A stretch of DNA of 64,000 nt from a virus. Taxonomy: Duplodnaviria; Caudoviricetes. The stretch lies in IMG/VR virus record IMGVR_UViG_3300005686_000008; one strand, written 5' to 3'. A program made the position numbers and the translations under genes. The stretch's first letter is position 1. Every line of letters begins with the position of its first letter. Positions 9,814 to 17,597 of the stretch are shown one piece after another. The notes beneath the pieces are model-generated. The model had not been told where the DNA came from, ran no database searches, and saw only the letters and a list, made by a program, of their open reading frames with translations.

Positions 9814-11475
9814 ATGGCTAACGTCACGATTCCCAAGTCCTTTTTCATCAAAGAGCGCCGCATGTATTCTCACTGGCGCTTTGCCTTCTGGCGCGAACTT
9901 TTCCAGAACTCAACAGACGCAGGGGCATCCGAGATCAAGGTTGAACTCGTTCAAAAAGAAAACGGGGTCATTGGCGTTTCATTTGACGACAATGGAACTG
10001 GGATGACCAGGGAGGTTTTGGAGAACGTCTACTTCAAGCTTGGAGAGACCACCAAGAACTCTGGGTCAACGGTTGGCGGATTTGGACGCGCTCGTATCCT
10101 GACCTGTTTCTCAATGAAGAACTATACCATTCATACCCTGAACAATCTGGTTCAAGGGGATGGCGGCAGCTACGATATTGCTGAGGTTGACCCTCGCGAG
10201 GGCTGTCTCGTACAGGTTGAGATGGAAGACGAGAGTTTTGGCTCTTTGCATGATGCTCTTCAGCAGTATCTTTCTCAGAGTCAGATGCCTTGCGATGTGT
10301 ACGTCAACGGCAGTCGTTGGAGGAGCTGGCTTTATCGCCGTCAGCTTACTCGTCAGCTCGAACTGAACGGAGTTCCTTTTGCGAGCATGTACGTCAACAA
10401 GAGCGGATCATCCGGTCTTCTTGTTGTTCGCGTCAACGGTACGGTGATGTACAGCCAGTCAACGTCGGCGAAGGCTCAGGTTATCATTGAGGTTGACTCC
10501 TCGATGAGTCGCGAGGTTTTGACGGCAAACCGCGATGGAATGCATTCTCAGTACAGCGCCGTCATGAGCAGCTTTGTTGAGGAGCTATCCGTTGATACGG
10601 TCTCAGCGTTGAAGCCTCGTTTCAAGAGGAAGGACGCAACGATTCGCGGTCGCGGTCTTATCTACTCAGTTCCGAACTCTAAGAAGAGGGAGGAGTCTCT
10701 CAAGAAGATCGAAAAGATCGCTTCTGAGTATGGAGTTCCTCAGTTGTCAGCAGCTCGTTTGAGCGGCGGAATTTCAGTTCATTCTGAGGGCATTACTGAG
10801 GTTCTGAAGACGGCGGACCTTCTTGGTCGTACCAAGGAAGTTGTCACGATGGCTCGCATTTCCGAGGTAATCGGAGGAGAATCTGGCGACATTTTCACGA
10901 AGAAGACGCAAGACCGTCTTTTCGCTCCGGTTGCTCCTCAGGTTGGAGAGCCTTTCGTCAATGATCTTCCTGACATCTTTATTGTTGATGAATCAGAGAA
11001 TCCTCTGGTTCGCAAGGTGATTGACGCATACAACCCTGAAGGCTGGGTTGTCATGGCAAATGGGGACAAGACCTTCAACAAGGGCAGCAAGCATTATAAG
11101 TTGTTGATGTTGTGGAAGATTGCTTGTCAATATGCGATTGACGCAATGATGGTTGCCCATCCTGAGATTTCTCAGGTGGCCTGGGGTCTTGGCTGGGTTT
11201 TCTGCGACAGTTCAGAAGCTCGTCATATGGCGATTCGGGGCGGGTCAGTTCTTCTGATCAACCCGGTTGACAAGAATGGCAAGATGAAGTATGGGGTTCG
11301 CGATCAGCAGGACCACAAGAAGATGATGGCGTTGGCGAAGCATGAGGTTGCGCATACTGCTTTTTTATACCACAATGAGGAGTATGCAAACATGCTGACC
11401 GACATTGATGAGAACTACGACGAGAGAGAAGTCTACAGAAAAATGAGGGAGTTCCTCGACGGCTCTGACGACTAA
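9814..11475 (+). CDS. GHKL (HATPase_c/Hsp90/MORC-like) ATPase with C-terminal HExxH motif
   Basis: RELFQNSTDA, DDNGTGM, GGFGRA; KHEVAH near the C-terminus; SD GGAG before ATG 9814. Confidence 0.8.
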   Translation: MANVTIPKSFFIKERRMYSHWRFAFWRELFQNSTDAGASEIKVELVQKENGVIGVSFDDNGTGMTREVLENVYFKLGETTKNSGSTVGGFGRARILTCFSMKNYTIHTLNNLVQGDGGSYDIAEVDPREGCLVQVEMEDESFGSLHDALQQYLSQSQMPCDVYVNGSRWRSWLYRRQLTRQLELNGVPFASMYVNKSGSSGLLVVRVNGTVMYSQSTSAKAQVIIEVDSSMSREVLTANRDGMHSQYSAVMSSFVEELSVDTVSALKPRFKRKDATIRGRGLIYSVPNSKKREESLKKIEKIASEYGVPQLSAARLSGGISVHSEGITEVLKTADLLGRTKEVVTMARISEVIGGESGDIFTKKTQDRLFAPVAPQVGEPFVNDLPDIFIVDESENPLVRKVIDAYNPEGWVVMANGDKTFNKGSKHYKLLMLWKIACQYAIDAMMVAHPEISQVAWGLGWVFCDSSEARHMAIRGGSVLLINPVDKNGKMKYGVRDQQDHKKMMALAKHEVAHTAFLYHNEEYANMLTDIDENYDEREVYRKMREFLDGSDD

Positions 11476-11563
11476 ACTTTTTCTTGGCTTTTCAAGAAAA
11501 GGCTTGCGTTCTCGGCCCATGAATCTATCAATATATGACCAACAGAAAGAGTAGGGTATTGTT

Positions 11564-12124
11564 ATGGGTCTATTCGGCAGCAAAGAAGAGGAACTTCTCA
11601 GTTCTCTTTCCGAGCAGATTGCCGAACGGGTCCAAGCGTCGAACTCTTCTGTCAAGCCCTTACTAAAACGGTTTGTATATTCTCGCGCAAAACAGAATAT
11701 ACTCGCCCTTCATCCGAACTGGACGAATAAAGGGGTCTTGGGGCCTGATTCTCTTGACCATCTTGCCGAACAAGGCGTTATCATTGATTTGAGCTATTTC
11801 CCCAAAAAGGTCATGGACGAGTTTTTGGCTGCGATGGAACGAGAAATCATTCGTAAGAAGGAACCAATCGTTGAGATTGTTGTCGAAAAGCCTGCTGAAG
11901 TTGTCTTCAACGAGATTGATAAAAAGATTGGACCTGGCGGACAGACTGTTTTGATGATGGCGGCTGGCAGAGGAGACTACGATGAGGTCGTCCGCTTGGT
12001 CGAGGTCGAGAAAGCAAGGGTTGATGTGGTTGATAACAAGGGCATGACGGCGGCTGTGCGGGCGCAGCGTCTTGGTCATGCGAGAGTCGCTCAGTATTTG
12101 ATGCAAATCAGAACGATTACCTAA
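11564..12124 (+). CDS. ankyrin-repeat protein
   Basis: GQTVLMMAAGRG...DNKGMTAA...GHARVAQYL. Confidence 0.75.
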   Translation: MGLFGSKEEELLSSLSEQIAERVQASNSSVKPLLKRFVYSRAKQNILALHPNWTNKGVLGPDSLDHLAEQGVIIDLSYFPKKVMDEFLAAMEREIIRKKEPIVEIVVEKPAEVVFNEIDKKIGPGGQTVLMMAAGRGDYDEVVRLVEVEKARVDVVDNKGMTAAVRAQRLGHARVAQYLMQIRTIT

Positions 12125-12193
12125 CAGAAAAAAATGATTACGAATCACAAGTTTGGCTTTACTGGCTAAACTTTCGAACGTATCCTTTAAGGT

Positions 12194-12649
12194 ATGAAAG
12201 TAGCCATGCCCAACGAAACGGAAAGTCAAAGTGTTCTTTGTTACCTGACTGATTGGCAGGAAAGGCCTTCAGAGGGGCCGAAGAGCAAGACGGACACCTT
12301 ACGTTTCAGGTTTGGGATTTCTGTATCTCCGAACCAGTGGATGCTGACGGAGTTTAGGGATGCTCTTGCGTTGCATCGAACCTATGCTTCGAACTTTTCG
12401 GACCTGACGCCGACTTTCAAGACGATTGCTGGGATTAGGGCTTTTGATGGTATCAAGAAGGTTCAAGAGGCATTGGAGGCGGTAGCAAAAATCAATCCAA
12501 ACTTGAAGCCTTTGCCAACAAAAGACGATATTGAGTTGGCATTGGATTTCGCCAACCAAGTAGATTCTTTCTATCAAACGGATTTTGCAATCCATGATAA
12601 TGTACGAGAGAGGTACTTTGGGGCTGGCGGGGAAGAAGACGACGAATGA
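12194..12649 (+). CDS. hypothetical protein
   Basis: ATG exactly 30 nt after motif at 12164. Confidence 0.7.
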   Translation: MKVAMPNETESQSVLCYLTDWQERPSEGPKSKTDTLRFRFGISVSPNQWMLTEFRDALALHRTYASNFSDLTPTFKTIAGIRAFDGIKKVQEALEAVAKINPNLKPLPTKDDIELALDFANQVDSFYQTDFAIHDNVRERYFGAGGEEDDE

Positions 12650-13098
12650 AGACTGCAAAGCTTGTCAAGACAATTGAGATTAATCATCCCGAATATCCTG
12701 GGACGGTTATTAGTTTGAATATTTACGAGGTTGAAGGCGGCTATGTAGGCGTAGACTCTTCTTTTACGGATGAGGTTGCGAACTACATTGCGAATCCTTA
12801 CGCCGAGTGTCAGTTGGTTAAGCTTCCTGATCCGATTGGGAATGATGAAGAGATTGACCCTCCTCTGGAGGAGGATGAACTCGTTGGGTTCTTGCGCATT
12901 TTGACTGCATTTGACTCAACGATTCAACTTTTGCCAGTTGAGCAGCAAGAGATCATTATGAACGGTTTGGCGAAGAGGTCTGGTTTGGCTCGCGACCGTT
13001 TGAGCGTGTTGCTCGGGTTGGCTCGTCAGGAAGTTGATTCTGCTGCTTTGTTCCAGTTTGTACAGGCCTTGAAGCCCGAAAGCGAAAATGGGGATTGA
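12646..13098 (+). CDS. hypothetical protein
   Basis: ATGA-coupled ORF. Confidence 0.7.
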   Translation: MKTAKLVKTIEINHPEYPGTVISLNIYEVEGGYVGVDSSFTDEVANYIANPYAECQLVKLPDPIGNDEEIDPPLEEDELVGFLRILTAFDSTIQLLPVEQQEIIMNGLAKRSGLARDRLSVLLGLARQEVDSAALFQFVQALKPESENGD

Positions 13099-13744
13099 TA
13101 ATCTCATAATCATTGGCGACATTCATGGGAAATGGCCCATGCTGAAGAATGTCTGCGACAAGTACAAGGACAAGACTGTTCTTGGGCTTGGAGATGTCGG
13201 TCTGGGCTTTTTTGGGAGCAGAGAGCCGAAGCTTCCTGAGAACTTTCGTTTTTTCCGCGGAAATCATGATAACCCCGCCGTCTGCAAGGCTCACCCTCAG
13301 TACACCGTTGATTACGGAATGTGGGAGGGCGTCTACATTCTCGCCGGCGCTGACTCCATTGACAAGAAATGGAGAACTGAAGGTAGGGATTGGTGGCCTG
13401 ATGAGCAGTTGAGCCGTGAGAACATGGAGTTAGCTTTGGAGGACTATGCCAAGGCAAAGCCCGACATTTTGATTTGCCATGAGGCTCCCTTCAGGATTCA
13501 CGAGATTGCTCGGGCGGCTTCAGTTACGCATGACCGCAACAACGAGGGCTGGGGCGGCGCAAAGGGCAACTCCACCGCCTTTTTGTTGGATTCGATGATT
13601 CAGGCTCATATGCCGAAGATGTTGGTACATGGGCATTGGCATAACCCGTTGATTTACAAGCATTGGGGCTGTGTTTTCATCTCTTTGGCGGAACTTGAGG
13701 CGTTGGATTTGGCTGAGGCTGCAAAATTCTTTCGTGTTTTTTGA
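13088..13744 (+). CDS. calcineurin-like metallophosphoesterase
   Basis: GDIHG, GDVG, GNHD, HEAP, GHWH motifs. Confidence 0.9.
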   Translation: MGIDNLIIIGDIHGKWPMLKNVCDKYKDKTVLGLGDVGLGFFGSREPKLPENFRFFRGNHDNPAVCKAHPQYTVDYGMWEGVYILAGADSIDKKWRTEGRDWWPDEQLSRENMELALEDYAKAKPDILICHEAPFRIHEIARAASVTHDRNNEGWGGAKGNSTAFLLDSMIQAHMPKMLVHGHWHNPLIYKHWGCVFISLAELEALDLAEAAKFFRVF

Positions 13745-13752
13745 AGGAGTTC

Positions 13753-13781
13753 TTGACATCTAGCCGAAAGAGGTATAGAGT
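13753..13781 (+). promoter_or_regulatory. sigma70-type promoter for the Leu leader/tRNA-Leu array
   Basis: TTGACA-17 nt-TAGAGT, 7 nt before the leader ATG. Confidence 0.7.
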
Positions 13782-13788
13782 GACCATT

Positions 13789-13836
13789 ATGAAGAATGCA
13801 TCCTTGTTATCCTTGAGCCTACTACTCCTCAGTTGA
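13789..13836 (+). CDS. Leu-rich attenuator leader peptide MKNASLLSLSLLLLS
   Basis: 7 of 15 codons are Leu (TTG,TTA,TTG,CTA,CTA,CTC,CTC); overlaps alternative hairpins. Confidence 0.8.
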   Translation: MKNASLLSLSLLLLS

Positions 13837-13910
13837 GGGGCAGAAGTCTCATTGCTTGCAAGGCAAGTTGTGACCCTGCTCCTCCCCAAAGAGAAGTAGG
13901 GTTTTTTGTT
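13822..13910 (+). promoter_or_regulatory. transcription attenuator (1:2 pause, 2:3 antiterminator, 3:4 terminator)
   Basis: seg1 CTACTCCTC 13822-30, seg2 GAGGGGCAG 13835-43, seg3 CTGCTCCTC 13876-84, seg4 GAGAAGTAGGGT 13891-902 plus poly-T. Confidence 0.8.
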
Positions 13911-13927
13911 TTGGCAAGTAAATATTC

Positions 13928-14001
13928 GCTCGTGTATCCCAACTGGCAGAGGAGCAATCCTGAGAAGGTTGTTGTTGGTGGTTCGAATCCACTCATGAGC
14001 A
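13928..14001 (+). tRNA. tRNA-Leu(GAG), short variable loop
   Basis: GCTCGTG/CATGAGC acceptor, CAATC-CTGAGAA-GGTTG, TTCGAAT loop. Confidence 0.85.
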
Positions 14002-14007
14002 TTTGTA

Positions 14008-14091
14008 GCGGCTATGGCGGAACTGGCAGACGCAACAGCTTGAGGTGCTGTCTCTCGAAAGGGAATGGAGGTTCAAATCCTCTTAGCCGCA
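14008..14091 (+). tRNA. tRNA-Leu(GAG)
   Basis: GCGGCTA/TAGCCGC, ACAGC-TTGAGGT-GCTGT, long V arm. Confidence 0.9.
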
Positions 14092-14102
14092 TTTGACAAT
14101 TA

Positions 14103-14183
14103 GGCCCTGTGGCGTAACGGCAGCCGCGCCAGACTTAGGATCTGGTCCCGTAAGGGGTGGAGGTTCAAATCCTCTCAGGGTCA
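14103..14183 (+). tRNA. tRNA-Leu(TAG)
   Basis: CCAGA-CTTAGGA-TCTGG, long V arm. Confidence 0.9.
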
Positions 14184-14197
14184 TTTGGAAAAAGCAG

Positions 14198-14280
14198 GCC
14201 CCTGTGGCGAAACGGCAGACGCGGCAGATTCAAAATCTGCTTCCCGCAAGGGAGTGGAGGTTCAAGTCCTCTCAGGGGCA
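14198..14280 (+). tRNA. tRNA-Leu(CAA)
   Basis: GCAGA-TTCAAAA-TCTGC, long V arm. Confidence 0.9.
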
Positions 14281-14286
14281 TTTAGA

Positions 14287-14360
14287 GAGCATGTGGCGAA
14301 ACGGCAAACGCGCCAAGCTCAGAACTTGGTTCTCTGGAGGTTCGAATCCTCTCATGCTCA
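14287..14360 (+). tRNA. tRNA-Leu(CAG), short variable loop
   Basis: GAGCATG/CATGCTC, CCAAG-CTCAGAA-CTTGG. Confidence 0.85.
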
Positions 14361-14378
14361 TTCCGCAGGCTAAACTTT

Positions 14379-14452
14379 GGCCCCGTAGCACAATTGGCAG
14401 ATGCACTCGATTTAAGGTCGAAGGGTTGAGAGTTCGAATCTCTCTGGGGCTA
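14379..14452 (+). tRNA. tRNA-Leu(TAA), short variable loop
   Basis: GGCCCCG/TGGGGCT, CTCGA-TTTAAGG-TCGAA. Confidence 0.8.
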
Positions 14453-14457
14453 TTCTG

Positions 14458-14820
14458 ATGGCATTAGTTGTTTGTTCAAATCCTCTTGGTCGGGCGCTCA
14501 AGTCTTCTCTTGTAGAGAAAGCAACAGAGCTGGCACGAAAGGATATTGCTCACGCAATAGTTTGCGATTGGATTAGCATTTACAGAGCATGCTTTGACAT
14601 GAATGAGCCAGACATTGACTGGGATATGTGGACAAAGTATGTGAATGAGTTGGAATCTTCTTTATTAACTTTCATTGACAGAGGAGAGATTGCCAAACGA
14701 AGAATTTTGTTTTCTTCGATTATTAGACCCCGTGGCGGAACCGGCAGACGCAACGGACTTAAAATCCGTAGACCTTCAAAAGTCATGGGGGTTCAAGTCC
14801 CCCCGGGGCCATTAGACTAA
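14458..14820 (+). CDS. hypothetical protein whose 3' end overlaps a tRNA-Leu
   Basis: ORF fills the gap between tRNAs; last ~30 codons run through the tRNA. Confidence 0.45.
   Translation: MALVVCSNPLGRALKSSLVEKATELARKDIAHAIVCDWISIYRACFDMNEPDIDWDMWTKYVNELESSLLTFIDRGEIAKRRILFSSIIRPRGGTGRRNGLKIRRPSKVMGVQVPPGPLD
14726..14811 (+). tRNA. tRNA-Leu(TAA)
   Basis: ACGGA-CTTAAAA-TCCGT, long V arm. Confidence 0.9.
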
Positions 14821-14881
14821 ACTTTTTGCCAAGTAGTGATACGCTGTAGGGACAGCCTTTTTCTAGTCGATGTAACACTGC

Positions 14882-14982
14882 GCGGCAGATAAAAAGCTCA
14901 CTACTCGTTTGGTAGGCGAATATCATCAGTTGACTTGATGGTTGAAAAGGAGAGCTAGCGGGTCAAAAACCCGCCTGCCGCT
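14882..14982 (+). ncRNA. tRNA-like structured RNA (acceptor stem plus T-like arm, atypical core)
   Basis: GCGGCAG/CTGCCGC 7 bp stacked on GCGGG-TCAAAAA-CCCGC; internal AGCTC/GAGCT helix with two hairpins. Confidence 0.55.
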
Positions 14983-14987
14983 TTAGA

Positions 14988-15242
14988 ATGAAGCTTTATC
15001 CTCGTCACAGGAAGGTTCTTTCCGCCGTCAACGGGTATAGCGATCTCAATTATGTCTGTCAAAGAACAGGCGTTCAATCCGTAATTCAGGTTGCAAAAGA
15101 GTTAGAAAAGGCCGGTCTTATTCGTGTCAGGAAAAGAGGCTATATGAAACGGCGCTCTTATTCCTATTCACTCGTTAAGACCAAAGGGGCCTACGAAAGA
15201 ACCGCTGCTGGTCATAAGATTGTGGGGAAACATGCTTGGTAA
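14988..15242 (+). CDS. putative winged-helix DNA-binding protein
   Basis: basic; ...VAKELEKAGLIRVR...YSL wHTH-like pattern. Confidence 0.55.
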   Translation: MKLYPRHRKVLSAVNGYSDLNYVCQRTGVQSVIQVAKELEKAGLIRVRKRGYMKRRSYSYSLVKTKGAYERTAAGHKIVGKHAW

Positions 15243-15471
15243 CACTACGCCGGATTTGGACTCTCAGGGTCGTGACCGGAACGACTATGCTCGCTGCAAG
15301 ATGTGTAACGCTTCTGCGCTGGACAAGGAAGTTCATCTTGAGCCGAGCAGGTCTGCTCTTATCTTTGGTCCGTTCCCTGGGATGAGGGTTCCGATGGAAC
15401 ATCGCTGCACTGATTGCGAGCAAAAGGTCTGCGACGGTATTAACAAAACATTGGAAGCGATGAAAAGATGA
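15232..15471 (+). CDS. small zinc-finger protein
   Basis: CKMC...CTDC. Confidence 0.6.
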   Translation: MLGNTTPDLDSQGRDRNDYARCKMCNASALDKEVHLEPSRSALIFGPFPGMRVPMEHRCTDCEQKVCDGINKTLEAMKR

Positions 15472-15893
15472 GAATCATGTTCTTAGATGACATGAAGAGC
15501 AGGCGAGACGCTTTCAAGCAAAATGCTATTGGTCACATTGTTGACTTTGCCTCCACTGCGCAGGAGGCGATTGCTTTTTTGCGCGCAAATAAATACGACG
15601 CCATCTACCTCGACCATGACCTAGAGGCTGAGCATTATCAAACCAACGAGGAGTACCACGAAGACGGTAGTTTCGTTGCTCGCAATTTGGTTGATATGAA
15701 TCAGCATCATGGAGTCATTGTCGTTGTTCATAGTCTCAACCCGAGCGGAAGATTGAATATTAGAAGCATTCTTAAGGAAAGCTTTGATGTTTGGCTTCCA
15801 GAGAACTTCAGGGGCATTAGCGAGCTTTGGAAGATTGAAGTGAATGTTATTATTGGAGCAATCAAGAAATATAACAAACAGTCAAAGGACTAA
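15468..15893 (+). CDS. cyclic-phosphate-processing receiver-like domain protein
   Basis: IMFLDD...IYLDHDL...VVHSLNP signature. Confidence 0.8.
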   Translation: MRIMFLDDMKSRRDAFKQNAIGHIVDFASTAQEAIAFLRANKYDAIYLDHDLEAEHYQTNEEYHEDGSFVARNLVDMNQHHGVIVVVHSLNPSGRLNIRSILKESFDVWLPENFRGISELWKIEVNVIIGAIKKYNKQSKD

Positions 15894-15958
15894 ACTTTTT
15901 TCTCCTTGAAATAGGTACTTGTCGATATACTGGTCGATAATGCCTAAAGGAGGGCGTC

Positions 15959-16255
15959 ATGACTGTTAATGAATTTCTTGACATTGTGCAGGTCGGATAT
16001 GTCGTTCAAATAGTCTGGAACGGGCCTTTGTTTGACCCTGATTTGATTGTCAAACCTGGTGAAAAAACAGTCGGCCTTAGTAAGGTGTATACTTGCGGAT
16101 TTGTTGCATACACTGAACCGGGCGGATCTTTCATTTCTATTGGAATAGATGCAATGTATGAAGCTGAAGGAACTTCTCCTAGCTTTAGAAGTATTGTAAC
16201 TATTCCTGTTTCTTCTATTGAGAGCGCAGAGATTTATGGCGCAATTGTGAAATAA
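15959..16255 (+). CDS. hypothetical protein
   Basis: SD AAGGAGG. Confidence 0.65.
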   Translation: MTVNEFLDIVQVGYVVQIVWNGPLFDPDLIVKPGEKTVGLSKVYTCGFVAYTEPGGSFISIGIDAMYEAEGTSPSFRSIVTIPVSSIESAEIYGAIVK

Positions 16256-16323
16256 AAGAAGGAATTCAGGAAGCGTAATCGGTATGAGTGTAAAATCGGT
16301 TCACAATTCTGTGAGATTCATTC

Positions 16324-16352
16324 TTGACTTTTGCGGAAATAGCCGATAGAGT
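16324..16352 (+). promoter_or_regulatory. sigma70-type promoter for the Trp leader/tRNA-Trp pair
   Basis: TTGACT-17 nt-TAGAGT; same -10 as the Leu promoter. Confidence 0.65.
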
Positions 16353-16371
16353 ATGGCGGAGTAGTACAGAA

Positions 16372-16437
16372 ATGAACAACAAGATAGTACATCAGGTGAT
16401 TTGGCATGTCATTACCTTCAGGGGTAAGGGCTGTTGA
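16372..16437 (+). CDS. Trp-containing leader peptide MNNKIVHQVIWHVITFRGKGC
   Basis: GGAG SD, single TGG at 16402, overlaps antiterminator segment. Confidence 0.65.
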   Translation: MNNKIVHQVIWHVITFRGKGC

Positions 16438-16500
16438 CTACTTGATGTATGTTGACGGATTCTCGAACCCCTGAGCAAAAGTGCTTAGGGGTTTTTTGTT
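16388..16500 (+). promoter_or_regulatory. transcription attenuator upstream of tRNA-Trp genes
   Basis: terminator AACCCCTGAGCA/TGCTTAGGGGTT plus T-run; antiterminator TTCAGGGGT (16417-25) pairs ACCCCTGAG; competing helix 16388-97/16440-49. Confidence 0.7.
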
Positions 16501-16532
16501 TGGTTCTTTGACAAGTGAATAGTTAGCATTTT

Positions 16533-16603
16533 ACGCCGTTGGTCTAGTGGCTGGGCCTTGGATTCCAAATCCAACGACGCGGGTTCGATTCCCCCACGGC
16601 GTG
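16533..16603 (+). tRNA. tRNA-Trp(CCA)
   Basis: ACGCCGT/ACGGCGT, TTGGA-TTCCAAA-TCCAA. Confidence 0.88.
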
Positions 16604-16608
16604 TTCAT

Positions 16609-16681
16609 CCGCCGTTAGCTCAACTGGTAGAGTTCTGGATTCCAAATCCAGCGGTTGCGGGTTCGATTCCCCCACGGCGGG
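16609..16681 (+). tRNA. tRNA-Trp(CCA)
   Basis: CCGCCGT/ACGGCGG, CTGGA-TTCCAAA-TCCAG. Confidence 0.9.
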
Positions 16682-16778
16682 CTTGCTGGCTAAACTTTTC
16701 TTGTGATTTCACAAAATAATGAGAAAGGTCTAGTCGATAAGACCTATAGTTTCTTTCCTTTCTTTTTGGAGATTTTCA

Positions 16779-17117
16779 ATGTCTGATACCAAGTCTTCTC
16801 GTCCTCGTCGTCCTCTTCAGAAGCCTGTTTTCATTATTCAGGATTTCGATCCTTCGAATCCCGAACACATGAAGGGCAATGTTCCGATTATCCTGAACAA
16901 GGCTTTGGCCTTGGAACTCGTCAAGTTCATCAGGGAAAGCGAACTTGGACCGAACGAAGGACATATTTACGCCATGCAGGGACGCTTGGGGCGTTGGTAC
17001 AAGAACCGTATCGAACATATCAGGAAGTTGAAGGCTGAAGAGGCCAAAACTGCGCTTCCTGAAGAAGTTCATGATGAGATTCATGAAGAGTCTCATGAGA
17101 ACCCGGTTCAAGGCTGA
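16779..17117 (+). CDS. hypothetical protein
   Basis: GGAG SD, coding-like composition. Confidence 0.7.
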   Translation: MSDTKSSRPRRPLQKPVFIIQDFDPSNPEHMKGNVPIILNKALALELVKFIRESELGPNEGHIYAMQGRLGRWYKNRIEHIRKLKAEEAKTALPEEVHDEIHEESHENPVQG

Positions 17118-17127
17118 GCAGTTATTT

Positions 17128-17200
17128 GGGCGCATACGTCAGCGGCTAGACGGCTTCCTTTACACGGAAGAGGGCGGGGGTTCAAATCCCTCTGCGCTCA
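17128..17200 (+). tRNA. tRNA-Val(TAC)
   Basis: CTTCC-TTTACAC-GGAAG. Confidence 0.9.
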
Positions 17201-17221
17201 TTTCCCTATGTGGGATTTGAT

Positions 17222-17294
17222 GGTGGCTATAGTTCAAAGGCTAGAATACCTGGTTGTGAGCCAGGGGGTACGGTTTCGAGATCCGTTAGCCACC
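17222..17294 (+). tRNA. tRNA-His(GTG)
   Basis: G-1, GTGGCTA/TAGCCAC, CCTGG-TTGTGAG-CCAGG. Confidence 0.85.
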
Positions 17295-17307
17295 CTTTGA
17301 TTTGTTT

Positions 17308-17379
17308 AGGACTGTAGCTCAGAGGCAGAGCATTCCCTTGATAAGGGAGGGGTCGGGATTTCAATATTCCCCAGTCCTA
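17308..17379 (+). tRNA. tRNA-Ile(GAT)
   Basis: AGGACTG/CAGTCCT, TTCCC-TTGATAA-GGGAG. Confidence 0.85.
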
Positions 17380-17386
17380 TTTTCCC

Positions 17387-17476
17387 CGGATAGTGTCCTG
17401 AGTTGGCTAAGGGGCCGCCTGATAAGCGGTGCATACTCCACAAGAGTATATGTAGGTTCGAGTCCTATCTATCCGA
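17387..17476 (+). tRNA. tRNA with GAT (Ile) anticodon and long variable arm
   Basis: CGGATAG/CTATCCG, GCCGC-CTGATAA-GCGGT, V arm ATACTC-CACAA-GAGTAT. Confidence 0.75.
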
Positions 17477-17488
17477 TTATAATCTTAT

Positions 17489-17562
17489 GGGCGTCTGGCG
17501 CAATTGGCTAGCGCGCTTCTTTGACGTAGAAGAGGTTCCGGGTTCGAGTCCCGGGATGCCCA
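17489..17562 (+). tRNA. tRNA-Val(GAC)
   Basis: CTTCT-TTGACGT-AGAAG. Confidence 0.9.
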
Positions 17563-17597
17563 CTTCAGACTAAACTTTTTGGGGAGAATATTAAGAC

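Noticed and set aside
13833-14458. ORFs 13833..14096, 14093..14458, 14185..14373 and 17302..17511
   Set aside because: They run across tRNA genes and have no coding signals
16690-17127. Attenuator for the Val/His/Ile tRNA group or the CAT tRNAs
   Set aside because: No leader ORF plus terminator found; these groups follow an ordinary CDS or the phage promoter motif directly
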